Origin: Eutreptiella sp. 'Long Island Sound 2002'
Taxonomy: Eukaryota > Protista > Euglenida
Assembly: GCA_964036045.1 (NCBI GenBank)
Contig: OZ038378.1
Span: 146,134,001 to 146,198,000, forward strand
Length of the DNA: 64,000 nucleotides
Reading direction: 5' to 3'
In this document: positions 13,015-25,796 of the stretch, piece after piece
Position numbering within the stretch: the first letter of the stretch is position 1
How the letters are laid out: every line of letters starts with the position of its first letter
Made by a program: the position numbers and the translations under genes
Notes under the pieces: generated by a model
What the model saw: only the letters and a program-made list of their open reading frames with translations
The model's database searches: none
Told to the model about the DNA's origin: nothing

Positions 13015-13047
13015 TCAGTCAGTCAGTCAGGCAAGCAGGCAGGCAAG

Positions 13048-13122
<75 letters not shown>

Positions 13123-13187
13123 AAACACACAGTTTGGCTTTTTTGGTGGCACACTACAGCAACCAACAACAACAACAACAACAACAT
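13015..13187. repeat. Compound microsatellite (TCAG)n-(CAGG)n-(AAC)n
   Basis: Direct reading. Confidence 0.95.
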
Positions 13188-13992
13188 CCGCAACCGTTCA
13201 GTTCGTGACTGGGCCTGGGTACCGCCCCGCCCTGAGACTGCATGTGTACCACTAACACACATTTTACCTTCCTGCCTGTTACACGACTACAGCTACAAAC
13301 AATGGGGGACAGTCCCACTTTAGGACCAATCAGTGGTCCAGTGGTAGAACAGTCGTCCAACAACCACCCTATGGGCGGACCAAATCCCGGTGGGCCACTG
13401 CCGGCACGCGCCGATCGGTTTGTGAGCTTTTTTTTACCGGACCCTGGTTCAAACCCTTCAAAGCACAAGCTTTTGATCCCCACCCCCACCCCCCCCCCCA
13501 CCTAAAATGCGGCATCCAGTTTCAGGGGAACAGAGGCCTCAAAATCAAAAAATCCATTGGGGGATCGTTTTGTCGGGCAAAATCATGATTTTACAAGTGG
13601 TTAGACATCCAATATCATGCCTTGGGGTATGCCACGCGAACGACCCCCAAAAAGGGGGGGGTGTATGGTGTCCGCGCCTGCGCTTGATCTAACAACCTTT
13701 CTTCGAGGTGAGTTTACCCCGCACATATGCTTTAAAAAAAAAGTTAGGGCCAAAGGGCCAAGTTAGGGCGAAATGTGGTCTGAACCTCCTCAACGTTTTG
13801 GCCACTTCGGGGGGGGGGGGGGGGGGGTCTGAGCCACCCCCCCCCCCCGCCCTCTGGAGCATCTGTTTTGCCCAGTTCGGCTGTCCATTTCACTTCGTAC
13901 CAAAGGCTGCCACAGGCCTTGGAGGCGTGGCAGGCCACCGCACCCCCCCCCCCCCCCCCCGGGGCACTCAGGCGCATGGATGCAGGGGGGAC

Positions 13993-14226
13993 CTCTGGTC
14001 TGCGAACTTGATGGGGAAGCCGGCCCCGTCCCGGTCCGCCAACGGGGCAAACTGCACGGCCTTGGTCACCTCCGGGATCAGCGCCGTGAAGTGGGAGTCG
14101 TTGTAGGCGAGGAACAGCGGCGTGCGGGACAGCAGCTCCGAGGGGCCCCACAGCAGCGGCAGGTACACCCCCCCGAAGTAGATGGGGGCGAGGGCATTGC
14201 CGCTGACGTCCTTAAGGAACTTGGGG
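13993..14226 (-). CDS. OTU deubiquitinase (A20/Cezanne/TRABID-like) exon containing the His box (GGVYLPLLW...PLFLAYNDSHFTAL)
   Basis: AG acceptor at 14228-14227, GT donor at 13992-13991, 234 nt, phase 2/2. Motifs match the A20-family GIYLP and Y..xHF boxes; His codon at 14091-14093. Confidence 0.9.
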
Positions 14227-17214
14227 CTGCAGCAGGCGGAGCACTCGTGGGAGGGGGAGGGGGGGGGGGAGGGAGGGATCAGGCGGGTCCGGGCTGCAGC
14301 ACAACAGCGGGCGCGGCGGTCCTCTCGACCGGCGCGCGGTATTTTGGTATTTTGTAGGGAGGCCCCGTGGATGTGCCCCCCTCCCGTGAAACGCAAGGCA
14401 GCCTGGGGCGTGTGTGGGTGCATGCCCCAGCGAGTACTTGCACGAGGACGTCGTACTTGAAATTCGGGCCATCCGGCAGCCGGCTCAGCAGTTTGGCACA
14501 CAGTTGGACGGCACTGTGAAGGGCACCAACGGCGCTTGGAGGGTATGCAAAACCGGTTGGAGGGGGACCGGCGGCGGTCGGAGGTCCACGTCTTTTGACA
14601 GGAAAAAAAAGGAAAATGTGTGCACTCAAAAACGACTTGCACACGCCTACGCACACCCGACGGTTGACGCAGCCCCGGGAACAAGACGCCCGACTGCCGT
14701 ACTGCATTGCGCTGCATCCGACACATGGAGTGCTGCGCGGCCAGGGGCCTCTGTGCGGATGGTCAGGGAGGGCGGGTGACCACTGTTGTGGTGACCGCTG
14801 TGTGGCACACTCAGGCCTAGCAGAAGGAGGGCTGGTCGGGGCCAGCCCCGCCCCCAAAGACCAACAAGCAGGTACACGTCTGGGGGAGGAGGGGGGGCAC
14901 AAAGGCTGAGTGAGAATGCCGCTTGGTAACTCTGAGTGTACGTACGTGTTTGCCTTTGAGGGAATCCTCCAGGCATGGGGGGCTTGTCCACCCACTGGGC
15001 TGGGGGTGGAGGGGGCGGGTTCAGAAAATTGTGAGAGGTGGGAGCACGGGGACAGGGAGGAGGGGGGGGGGGGGGGGTACAAGGTCATGCTGTTGGTTTG
15101 TTTGCCTTTGGCGGCGCCTATTGGCCTCTCACCCTTGCACATTCTGACCCTCTGTGGGTCTGAACGTGTTTTGGTTGCGTCAATGGAGCCCCCTGTCCTG
15201 TGTGACTATTCCGGAGTCGGCTGTCCCAGAGACAGGCTGCCGCCTGTGCAGTTGACCAGATGCATCCAGATGCACACTCCGAGTTGCGTTGCCACCCCAA
15301 AAATGGGCCAGCCACGTACACTACGTCTCAGGATGTCAGGCCCACCAAGAGGACGCGGAGGTGTTCACCATCAACCGCATCTAGGCGGAGCCCTGGAGGG
15401 CCACGGTTACTGCCCCAGACGTCAAGGAGGATCTCAGTCTTGAGGAGGAACCGAGCCTTACCCCTGACAACTGGGACATGCTGGGTTTGCTGACTCCATC
15501 AATGACTTGTGCGCGCTGGTGTGTGCATCTGTAAGATAATTTTCTTGATAGGGGCTTCTACAACCACAATGATTCTTTTCTTTTTGTCCCTTCCTTTGCC
15601 TCCTTCTGCGCTCTGCACCATTTTCAGCGAGCTCCCCTGCCCTGTTACCTCCCCTTGTATTTCCCTTTCCCCCTGCCCAGCTTCCTCTGGGCTCTGTTTG
15701 TCCTGTTCTGGGGGGTAAAGGGCGGTGGGGGAACGTGTTGCTGTGGGGAGGGGGAAGGGGTGGGAGTGGGGGGGGGGGGGGGGGGATGTCGTCGCGCCCT
15801 GTCCCCTCCTTCCCCTTGAGGAGGGAAATCCTGGCTCAAGGGGGCTCCTTGTTGGTCGGTGTACTTGGTGTTGGTGGTTTTGGCCACTTGCTTCTGCTGG
15901 CTAAAATATCCAAGTCTAACCTGGCGTAGTTTCATGCTGTTTGCTGGCTTGATGGCCTTAGCTAGCGCGGCGGTGGTAGACCATGCACGTAGCGGCCCGC
16001 CGTCAATCTAAGGGTTTGGCACCGGGGCTAGTTCCCCTTCATATGTGTCCCCGCAGTTGGGGCGAGTGGGGACTCCGCGGCCTTCCCCCCCTCCCCTGTC
16101 TAGTTTCTGTTGGCACATCACCCAGGGCCCGTGGTGCCCCAGGTGTCTATTCTGAGCAGCCCTGGGCTGTCCTTGGCTGCCCTATGCTATCGTTGTGTGG
16201 GTGTGTGCGTTCCGTTGTTGCTGGTGTCGGTGTTGTTGTGCCGTTGGCATCGTGGTTGGGGATGCTGCGGTTGTTGTTGGGGCGCAGCGGGGTGGTGGCG
16301 GTGTGTCTATTCGAGTGGTGTCGGCGTTGTGGTTGATGATGTTGCCTCCTGTGGCACTAGCAACCAAATCAGTCCCAACATCCAACACCTGACAGGGCTG
16401 CATCCGCCATCGGTGACCCTGTCCCCCGTTCACCTGTGGTTGAGTTGCCTCCAACATCAGTGCCCCACCAGTCTATAGTCCTCCCCACCTCTCCGTGCCC
16501 TTGTGTGGTTGCTGTGGCGCATGGTATGGGCAACCCCCCCCCCCCACCCCCGTGGCTGTATGTGTTGATGTCCATACATTTTCATCCCCAGTTCAACTGC
16601 TATGATGTTTGCGTGGTTTGGTTGGGCCATAAGTCTCACTAGATTGTCTAGTATGAAGTGTATCCCTTCTCCCAGAATAAACACTTCTGGTGCCCATATC
16701 CTTTCCTCTCATACCCACACACAGCCTCCCACTACCTGCACCACGTAGACTCTGTCTGGTCCCAAGGTCCCAGGAGGTACATTTGTGTCCCTCCATCTCC
16801 ATCGGGTAGTCTCCTGTCCATCCCCTTCTCCTCTTTTCCTCAAAATTTGGTGCCACTGTAGATTCAGTAGGTCTGCTATGTACCTCCTAAATTTCTCTCC
16901 AAAGGCCAGTGGTCTGCTCATGTCTGTGTTGTATCCCCGTGGTGGGGGTGCACCTATTGGCCGTGGCTGCACCTATCGACTTTTTCTTGTTCCCCACAGC
17001 CACGAACTCCATGTGTGTTTTGTCCCTTGGTCCCCGCTATCTTCTTCCTTGTTTTGGTGCCCGGCCTTTTGTGCGGTCTCCGTGTGCGGCTCATGTTGCC
17101 CGCGAAAATCTGATCTAAAGTATGTTGGGCTGAACTGAAAGTTTTTGTGGTATGGTTGTCGGGCACGTTGGTTGTTCCCACCCTGCCCTGCTTGTGCCAC
17201 GTTACCCTTCCAAT

Positions 17215-17380
17215 TCTCATGTGTTGCGTTCATCCGCTTGAACAACTCTGTTGCCTTCTCCTAGTTGTTCTTATTTTGTTTGGGTGGTGCCCAAAGACCA
17301 TCTTCTTGTACGCCGCCTTGACGTCCTCCTTCGTTGCCCAGGGTCTCATCCCTAACTGGGCATGCAAACCAACCTCCGCA
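17215..17380 (-). pseudogene. Degraded DnaJ/J-domain
   Basis: LGMRPWATKEDVKAAYKKMVFGHHPNK, then a frameshift and stop, then EKATELFKRMNATHE. The HPD motif has become HPN. Confidence 0.7.
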
Positions 17381-18689
17381 AAATCCGGTGGCAGGACTTC
17401 CACTGGCTCCACCTCCACGTTTGCTCTCAGCTTCCAGCTGTCACTCCCCCCACCATGAGTACCTGGGCCTTCCCCTCCACCACTTCTTCAATTACTCTCC
17501 TACACCCCTCTAGGTCCCCTTGTTCCACTGCACGCCGTGGCCCACCACTAGTTCCGCCCCTGCACCCTGGAATCCTAGAATCCTGTGCCCACCATTGCTT
17601 CCCTTGTTGTTGTTGCCTAAACTCCTCAGCTGCTTTTCGTTTTGCTGTTCCTTCCCCTCTGAAGCCCCACTTGTTTCAGTGGTCTTTTCCTTTCTCTTCT
17701 GTAGGCCTCTTCCAAACCGCTCTCCCAAATGTTGCTCTTCTCCTTCAATGCCATGGCGGTCTTGAAATGGATGGTGGAAGTAGTTGACTCTGTCATCTTT
17801 GGCAGTTGTGTTCTTGTCTCGTTGTTGTTCCTTACCCCTTTTCCGCACTTGGTTGTGGCCTTCACCTACCGGTGCCGTATACTTTCCTTATGTGTCTCTT
17901 CCAACCATTTTTCTACTCCACTTTCTTGCACTTACACTAACTTGTTCCTTTCTCTGAGTACTGTCCAAGCCTAAGCTATTGCATATCCTGTACACTATAG
18001 ATGGGTCCAATGTCCCTTGCCACACTAGATGGCCCCCTGTCGCCTCCGGACTGGCATGTTGCACATTCCACACGCGTGTTTGGGTCCTCCCCACACCGCC
18101 TACCCTCCTTTCTTTCTATGGGACCATTGCTCTGGTCCCAAGGTTGAGGTCGGCCCCGTGGACTGTGGAATTGTCTCCTATTCCGTGGATGCAGCTCTGT
18201 CTACCGGTGCCTTGTCCTCTATGTGGGGTTTCCTCCTCCCTCTCTTCCCCTCCCCTCTCCCCCTGCTTCCCTATGTGCTTGCTCCGCCGTTGTGCCTTCC
18301 GGCCCCTCCATCGTCCCTACAGCGCCTCCACTCTTTTCCTACTCCTCACTCTCTCCGTCTGTGTTTAGCCTCTCATGTTTCTCTTTTGGCCCTCGTCCCC
18401 TACACCCTCCACTATCCCTTGCTATGATGCTCCATCTTATTGTATCTAGAATTTATTGTGTCCTACTGTCCAGCATTGGCCCCATTTGTGGGGACGATGA
18501 TCCTGACCTCAAACTGTTCCCTGGTTACCAGATGTGGTTGGCCATCCCCCCACACTCCCTCCAGGTGCCGGTGGTAGTCATGGTGGACTCCTGCTGCCCT
18601 TTGTGTGGCTTGCTGCACACCTCGTAGCACCTCCTGTCCCTCCTAGGTTAGCTTAAAGGCTTTCTGGGCGCTGACCACTCCATAGCCCC

Positions 18690-19060
18690 CTCTGCTGACC
18701 CAGCTCTGGACCATGGCTATGGGTGCCCTTCCTTTTGGGAGGATAGACTTCAGGAGTATCCCCACTGTGTTTGTGGCGCTAACACCTTGCGCCGTGAGTT
18801 GGGTGTGTATGCACCCACCCCAACCACCAACCTCCCATTTCCCTTCCCCTCTTAATTGCCTCCTTCAGATCCCACTCTCCCACCACGTACTCCGTTTTGG
18901 TCAGTAGTAAATTGGGGGGGGGGGGGGGATTATGAGTCCTTCCACTTGTACTCCCATGGCCGTTTGGTCCCCCGCACAACAACCCCCTGGTTTCATTTCC
19001 CTCTGCTGCCTGGGCGGCGACTGCCATGGTCCACTGCTGGAGGAGGTCCTCCTGCATTTC
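18690..19060 (-). pseudogene. Degraded AMSH-like JAMM/MPN+ metalloprotease domain
   Basis: DLLQQW...GNETRGLLCG, frameshift, VQVEGLIIP, frameshift, WLGWVHTHPTH, frameshift, VSATNT...SILPKGRAPIAMV. JAMM Glu at 18992-18994 and HxH at 18803-18811. Confidence 0.65.
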
Positions 19061-20120
19061 TCTACACACTCCTCCTGGTCTTCCCTTGTTTCCTGCCGCC
19101 TCCTTTGAGCCATTTCTTTTTCCAGGGTCAACTGCTCTCCCCGTTTTCGCCCTCCTCCATCTTCCTCGTCCCTTTGCGACTGGCAGTGTTCCTCCAGGTT
19201 CCCTTGATCTCCTTGATTTCCGCCAGGACTTCTGGGTGTGTTCCCGTCTCCGCTGTCTTTCCCTGGTTCCTATTAACTGTCTTGCTCCTTCTGACTGTGG
19301 TCCCCAGGGGGCTTGACAGCGATTCCCCTGTTGTGCTCGCTCCTTGGATCTCCCCTGTTTCCCTTGTAACATCCTGCTGCTTCTCCTCTCCTCCTGCTTC
19401 GTCCCCTTATTTTCCGTCACCGCTGTGTGATGGTTGTCATCTTTCTTCCTCTTCTGCCTCTCCTGCCCCTGGCTGTGCCGCCTCCTCCCCATCTCATTCT
19501 TGTCTGGCTGTCTGGCTGTCCGGCTGTCGTCCTCGGTCTCGTCCTTTCTTTCCCCTTCTCCGATCCTTTGCCCGCTCCCCTCCTCCGCAGTTCGCTTCTC
19601 TGCTTCTTCCTCCGCTTCCTCCGACCGTTCGTTTTCTTCTCGCAGGTCCACCTTCACCACTACTTCGTGCCAGCCCCATGCTTTTCCCAAGCTGTGAACA
19701 ATAGCCCCTCTAATTCTTCATCCTCCGCGGGGGGGGGGGGGGGCAAGGGGCAATCTCTACAGGGTCTGAGGGGGAAGTTCTACACAGACTGGTTGGTGAC
19801 CAGGAGCACCACCGGCGTGCCGTGCTCTTGTTGTCCGAGGTCATTTGTTTATGCGGTTCTTAAAGTGCCGTTTCAGGTGGTTGGACTTGTGTGCAGGCCA
19901 GCCCCGTGAGACAGCCAGAGCCTGATGGCGGTCGGAGGGCCGTGGACCATAGTTTGGGGGGGGGGGGGGGGGACTGATGGGTCGCGCGAAGGGCAGGCGA
20001 ATCGGAGGACGGATGGCGCCCGGCAGTTCTGGTGTTGGGCGCTCTGCCATGACCTGTGACTGCCGCAGCGGTCTGACTGTGTTCCTCAGTGTCCCCCTCG
20101 GCGGCGCAGCACCACAACAC

Positions 20121-20378
20121 CTGTAGACGGTGATGGGCCGGCGCACAACGTGCGCAAGCACAAACACATGGATCTCCGTCAGCGACTTCTCGCGGTCGCG
20201 CACGAGGCGCAGCTCGTTCGCCCACTCCTCTTCCCACTGGTCCGCGGACCTCTCGATCTCACACCCGAAGTTGAGGACGTCCTGCTCGACCAGGCCCTTC
20301 CGCCACTGATTCCGGAACCAGCGCGACGCCTCGGAGGTCTGGTCCATCGTGGACTCAATGGCGGTGCGGAGGAGGTAC
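20121..20378 (-). CDS. OTU deubiquitinase internal exon (YLLRTAIEST...KSLTEIHVFVLAHVVRRPITVY)
   Basis: GT-AG boundaries, 258 nt, phase 2/2. Matches the A20-family LE.IH.FVLA...RRPI motif. Confidence 0.9.
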
Positions 20379-20648
20379 CTGCGGTGTCACGGAGGAGGAC
20401 ATCAGCGGAATGTCAGGGCAGATTGGCCACCAGGGCGATGTTTGAAGGGGGGGGGGGGGGCAGGGGGCGTCATCAAGGACTGGCTGGTCACCCTGCAACA
20501 CGGCCGGTCCAGGCCATGGCTTACTGTTACCTAGGCCATGGCTTACTGTTACCTGGGGGTCTTACCCCCCCCCCCCCCCCCCGAAAGGTCACGGCTGCCA
20601 CTAAGCCGTGGCAAGGGCCAGTCTCCAGTGTCCAGTGTCCTAATCCTC

Positions 20649-23450
20649 GGGTATTTGGTAACACTTAGTACCAAACGAGGTAAAACTTAGTAAAATTTGG
20701 TAAAACTTAGTACAAATGAGGGAAAACTTAGTTAAAAAAAATTCAAATAAAAATTTAGAAAAATGTTTTGTTTTTACTAAGTATAAATACAAAATTTCTA
20801 CCTCGGCCAAACCATCATGCACACCAATATGACATAATATAATTGGGAGGGGGGGGGGGGTCCGGAATGGCAGCCTGGGCTCCTCTGCCTGACCCACCCA
20901 CCCACCCACCCACATCAGAACAAGTTTCCTCAGGGAAAAATCGACATTTGTCAAAGGGGCCCAAAATTGGAGGTCGATTTGAGGTACACAACCTTTTTTT
21001 GGCCGGGCCGTGGCCAACATCAGCTCGGCGGCACTTGGAACAAAATTGGGTGCAATAACAAGAGAGAACCCGGCAAGGCCAGAACCAACAGTAGTGGCAA
21101 CTACTTACAAGTAGTTACAAAAGACACACTTGAAGATCGTATGGCTCGTTTGCCTGCCTCTGCTGGATTCATTGTGCACATCCCAAAGATAGTTTTTTTC
21201 AATTCCCCTTGCAGCTCGGTGCAAAATTCTTGGTCATTTCTCAGTTGACCATCAGCATTTTGGGGGTATTGAGGAGGCACCGCATACCACTTGCGACAGA
21301 TCCACACACCGGGACAGGTGTTACCATCCGCAGCAGCAACAACGGCAAAAGCATCAGCAGCAGCAGCAAGGTTGGCCGCCCAAAATTGGCGCAATCCTAC
21401 ACATATCTCTGATTGACACGAGATAGACGCGTGCAAGGTACAATGAAGAACCCCACACTCAAGGCACGTTATGTGAGGTGTTCCATCACAAAAAAAGCAT
21501 GTGTCACCGGGGTCCGCATATTTGGGTTCGGTGCACATCCAAGCTCCCAATGCATTGTTGGAGTCCTGGGTGTGGAGGCCGGCTTGCAATGATTGTAGTA
21601 CAAAACAGTTTGCGCCATTTCACGCAGCAACCAAAATCTATCAATCTATCCTGTGTCACTTGTAATATGCCCTTGACAATGTGTCGAGACGGCACAATGC
21701 AATGTCAAGAGACATGCCGGATGGCAACTATCACCATCAACCTGCTGGACGAAGGTGGAATGCAGGGGTGCAATTGCAAATGCAAGGGCACCAAAACCAT
21801 CCAAAAAGATTGCCCACTTCTTCCGCTGTTGTGGTTGAATGCCTTCTCGCTCGGCAATCAAATCCACAAAAGCCAACTCGTGGTTTGCCCCAACAACGTG
21901 TGGCCGGTCGCATAGGGGGTCAAACCTAAGGCACAGGTATTCACGTGTTGGGGCAATCAACGACAAGCGGGGCACCCAAGGTGGCCAGTACAAGCGCATT
22001 GAATGCCACTAGGTATTCCCACGGGCCAACTCTTGCTTCGAGTCTTGGGCAAGAGAAAGAGGCTCCCCAGCACAACTACCGTCACCAAAGCAGTCGTCCT
22101 CAACAACCCTTTGGGCCTTTTTTTGGCCACCATTTTTGTAGGGGCTTGCTTGCGACTTGAAGTCACGCACATGCCGCGGCTCACCGCTCAATGCGAGAGG
22201 CCAGCTCAACGCGGGAGGCATTTGTCCACCTCACATGGCCGTACCTAAAAGGTCAAACATCAATGTACTTCCATGAGTACCGCAAAAGCACCGTAAAACC
22301 AGGCTCCTTAGCAAGAAGCCATAGCAAGGTGGCGTCACAAATTCCAAGGGTGCCTTACGTGGCACACACGCAAAACTTTGTTGTGACATTGTGAACGCGG
22401 AGCAAGGAAAAGAATTGTGTCCATGTGACATGGTGACCTTCATTAACAGAGAAGGTCTCCTTAAACCGGTTGGCGCCCCATTTTCGCGAGGACACACCAT
22501 GGTGAACAAAAGGGGCATCACCATCATCCACAAACACTTTGTTGTGTCCCTAGGCAGGGGAGCACATCTTTCAAAGTTTCGCGAATCCCACGCAACTTGT
22601 ATTGTGTGACAAGCTTCAACAAATGTGCCCTTGCCCCAGCTGGTGTAGCACATAGAACCCCCGGAGGTGACTGGCCTACCCTCCCAAACCAACCCAACCG
22701 CCTATGGACGTAATGCTCCCGGGCATGGTCCAAATAATGGGGTGTTGCAGAATAGTGGTCCTCCGATGCAACCCAACCTACTTGAAAAATAGGTGTGGAC
22801 CAATTGTAGGTCTTGGATGTAGGTCCCAGAGGTTTGCATGCACTTGTAGCCGCAAGTCATGGTCTCCAACTATCACTTTCAAATGCTCCCTCAAGTTCTG
22901 TTGTGCATGCCACTAGCACACAAGCCATATAATAGCAAGCCACACTGCATAGGTTGCGTTGATCATTTCGTCGGCACCGTCACTCAATAGTGGTCCACTA
23001 GTGGGCGGATTGGTTACACAACCCCTGCCGTCTGGGGGGTCACCAACGCTTCAGAGCGGGGGGCAGAATCAAAAGTGGCCTACAAGTGGGTAGATTGGCT
23101 ACATAACCCCGCCCGTCAAGGGGGAGTCCCCCATGCTTCAGAGCGGGGAATCAAATCAGAAGTGGCCTACAAGTGGGCGGATTGGCTACGTAACCCCTAC
23201 CGTATGGGGGGGTCCCCGACGCTTCACAACGGGGTACAGAATCAACAGTGGTCCACAAGTGGGCAGATTGGCTACATAACCCCTGCCGTCTGGGTGTCCC
23301 CAAGCCCACAAGTTTTTTTTACTAAGTAATTTACTTAGTAGAAAAAAGTTTTCTACTAGAGGAAAAACTTAGTAACAAAATATCTTTTAAGAAGTTTTGA
23401 AAAGTGGTCAAAAAAACTTTGAAAAAATTTTACTAACTTTTACCAGACCC
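20649..23450. mobile_element. Mutator/MULE-like non-autonomous or decayed element with a 9-bp TSD
   Basis: CTAATCCTC lies at both 20640-20648 and 23451-23459. Termini GGGTATTTGGTAACACTTAGTA and (rc) GGGTCTGGTAAAAGTTAGTA are imperfect TIRs with AT-rich subterminal repeats. Confidence 0.75.
23000..23310 (+). repeat. ~90-100 bp tandem-unit repeat (ATCAGAAGTGGCCTACAAGTGGGCGGATTGGCTAC...); further clusters at 42470-42740 and ~62990-63240
   Basis: Three to four units per cluster, seen directly. Confidence 0.85.
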
Positions 23451-24625
23451 CTAATCCTCCCCTATCCTCAGCTTGTGTGTGACCCACTTTGAATGCCAAC
23501 ATCAGCAAAGACTTCACGCATGGTTGTTCCTAGGGCCGTGAAGTGTGCAGCTGTGAAGTGTGGAGGGGGCGTCGGGGCAAAGGGCACATGCACATGCTGG
23601 CACAAAGCGGCATCTGTGTAATGGAAAAGGGGCCAAAGTTGCAAGTAGCCCGGCATACATGTTGCACAATACACATAGATGCACCATGTAGCCGTGAAAC
23701 GCATCACACTGGGTGAACTAGGGGACAATAGGTGAGGGAACGGGGCCGGTCCATATCCCCCACTAGAAAGGGGCCAGTCCATATCGCCAACTTTAACGGG
23801 GCAAGTCCATGAGGAGAAATCATCCCAACTTTAACGGGGCAAGTCCATGAGGAGAAATCATCCCAAATTGCCCCATCCCAGCCCCCCCCACACACACCCA
23901 CCCATCCGAGGGGTAGAATCCACCCCCAAAACAAGGGTAGGAATCAGAAGTAGCCCAAAAAGGTGCCTTGTGCGCGCCCTGTGCACTAACGCTCCCTCGG
24001 AACTGATAAGCCATGCTACTGATTCGCGATCATCCGAGAGTGTGGATGGAGGGTTCAAGTGCTGTCCCATAGGCGGGTTGTGTGCAGCCAGGAGGTTCGT
24101 GGGGAATGGGTGCCCTATGTGACCAGCTGCTCAAAACCCTCTGAGCAACAGGCCCAAACCATGCTGCTCCTTCAACTCTTGCCCCTCCCCCCCCCCCACC
24201 TCCCGTCACGTCAGTAGCATGCACATGTCTTTTGGGTATACTCAACCTTTGTAGAGTGCACAAACACTGCACAGGACGTCATGTGAGTCCTAGATCTGTG
24301 GCGGCTTATCAGTCATGTGGTAGTCATGTACCCCACTCTTGGTATGCAATTGCTCTTGCTTTTCCCTTGTGGCTGGGGGCAGGGTTTTGCTTTTCGTTCT
24401 GGCAGGGGATGGGGGCACCCCCCTGGGCCCCCTCCCCCTCACCCCCTTTTTCGCAATACCAGTTCCAAAATGGCATCATGCATCATTTCATGGCGCCTAT
24501 TGCACATGGACACCTTGTACATGCGGTGCACAGGTTGTGTGTGCCCTGGCGCTCCGACTTTCCACATCCCAATCGTTGCACTATGTGCGCCCTGTGCGCG
24601 CACCACACGTCGGGTGTTGCCCCCA

Positions 24626-24697
24626 AGAAGGAGTACCACGAAGGAGTACCACGAAGGAGTACCACGAAGGAGTACAATGAAGGAGTACCACGAAGGA
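24626..24697. repeat. 13-bp minisatellite (AAGGAGTACCACG)n
   Basis: About 5 copies. Confidence 0.9.
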
Positions 24698-24984
24698 GGT
24701 AGGGAAGAAGAGGGACACAAGGTGCAAGGCGCAGTACAAAGAGCATGATCAGGGTGAGGCATTGAGGGGCTCGATGGTCGGTAGTGGTTGACTGAATGTC
24801 CCCGCCATAGACACTTCCAGCCATTAGTCCATACAGCGATTCAAAGCAGTTCATTGGCACATTTGATTCATGGTCATGGGTGAGCTGCGTGCAGCGCGTC
24901 AGGGAACGCCATCATGAGTCGGCAAGGAGCAGCAGCCAATGACGGACTGCAGGAAGCACCGAGAACGAGGAGGGGCTGAGGCAC

Positions 24985-25322
24985 CTGCGGTCCTGGGCCC
25001 CGGTCAGCGAGTAGGACACGCCGTGGCACAGGCAGTTGTTGTCCGCCGCAGTCTTCAGGGGAAATAGGCGCACGAACTGGCGGTCCCAGTTCAGGATGGG
25101 GTCCTGGACCTCCAGCTTTTGCTGGACGGTGCTGTCCGTGAAGTCCCTCAGCATGCCGGTGTCCACCTTGAAGGGGATGGTGAAGTGTTTCTGGGGTGTG
25201 AAGGTGTCGGCAAAGCCATCGCCCACGAACCACAGGCCCTTGTCGTTCTTCTGGATGGCGCCCTTGATAGCATCCTGGATGTTCGCCGCCTTCTTGGGGT
25301 TCAGGCAGGACACGCTTTTGGA
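24985..25322 (-). CDS. OTU deubiquitinase exon containing the catalytic Cys box (LFPLKTAADNNCLCHGVSYSLTGAQDR)
   Basis: DxNCL OTU motif with Cys at 25032-25034. AG acceptor at 25324-25323, CAG|GT donor at 24984, 338 nt, phase 0/2; joins 20378 in frame. Confidence 0.92.
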
Positions 25323-25559
25323 CTGCATCACAAGAACATGGGCTGGACCACCGCTGTGGCCCCTGAGATCACCAATCCATCAGACGGGGCCCAAGCCGGA
25401 GACACTGCAAAGGGACGGAGAGAGGAAGGGGGAGCAGCACTTTCCCAAACTTTCTTTTTTTTTTTGGCTCAGACTCACAAGTGCTTCGTAAGTGCTCGGC
25501 CAGATGGGCCGGATCAGTAATGACAGTGTAAGTACAACATATGTTGTCCCGTGCGGTAC

Positions 25560-25609
25560 CTGGTCCGCATACCACCCGTGGTGGCGGGACGTACACTTGG
25601 AGCTCTCAT
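25560..25609 (-). CDS. Putative upstream micro-exon of the OTU gene (ESSKCTSRHHGWYADQ)
   Basis: GCAG acceptor and CAG|GTACCG donor. 50 nt, phase 1/0, fits the next exon. Confidence 0.6.
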
Positions 25610-25711
25610 CTGCTCATGCAGTATCAGAAACTGCCACGCCACTGGGGCAACGAGAAATGAAATCTGTTGATGTCAAAAATTTCTGTTATGAGAAAACAGG
25701 GAGAAACTTGC

Positions 25712-25796
25712 CTGGCGTCCCTGGTGGGGGTATGTCCTTCATGTGCGCAGGCGTTTGATTGTCCATTGTGCCCTCTGGCCTTCGGGTCTGCTGCAT
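25712..25796 (-). CDS. Possible first exon of the OTU gene (MQQTRRPEGTMDNQTPAHMKDIPPPGTP) ending at a GC donor
   Basis: AG|GCAAGT donor in phase 1 matches the micro-exon. Start codon uncertain. Confidence 0.4.

Noticed and set aside
13744-13910. LWYEVKWTAELGKTD as the next OTU exon
   Set aside because: Phase-compatible acceptor, but no convincing donor or family motif; left uncalled.
14925-14945. AACTCTGAGTGT resemblance to a euglenid spliced leader
   Set aside because: Match too short; no downstream SL RNA features recognised.
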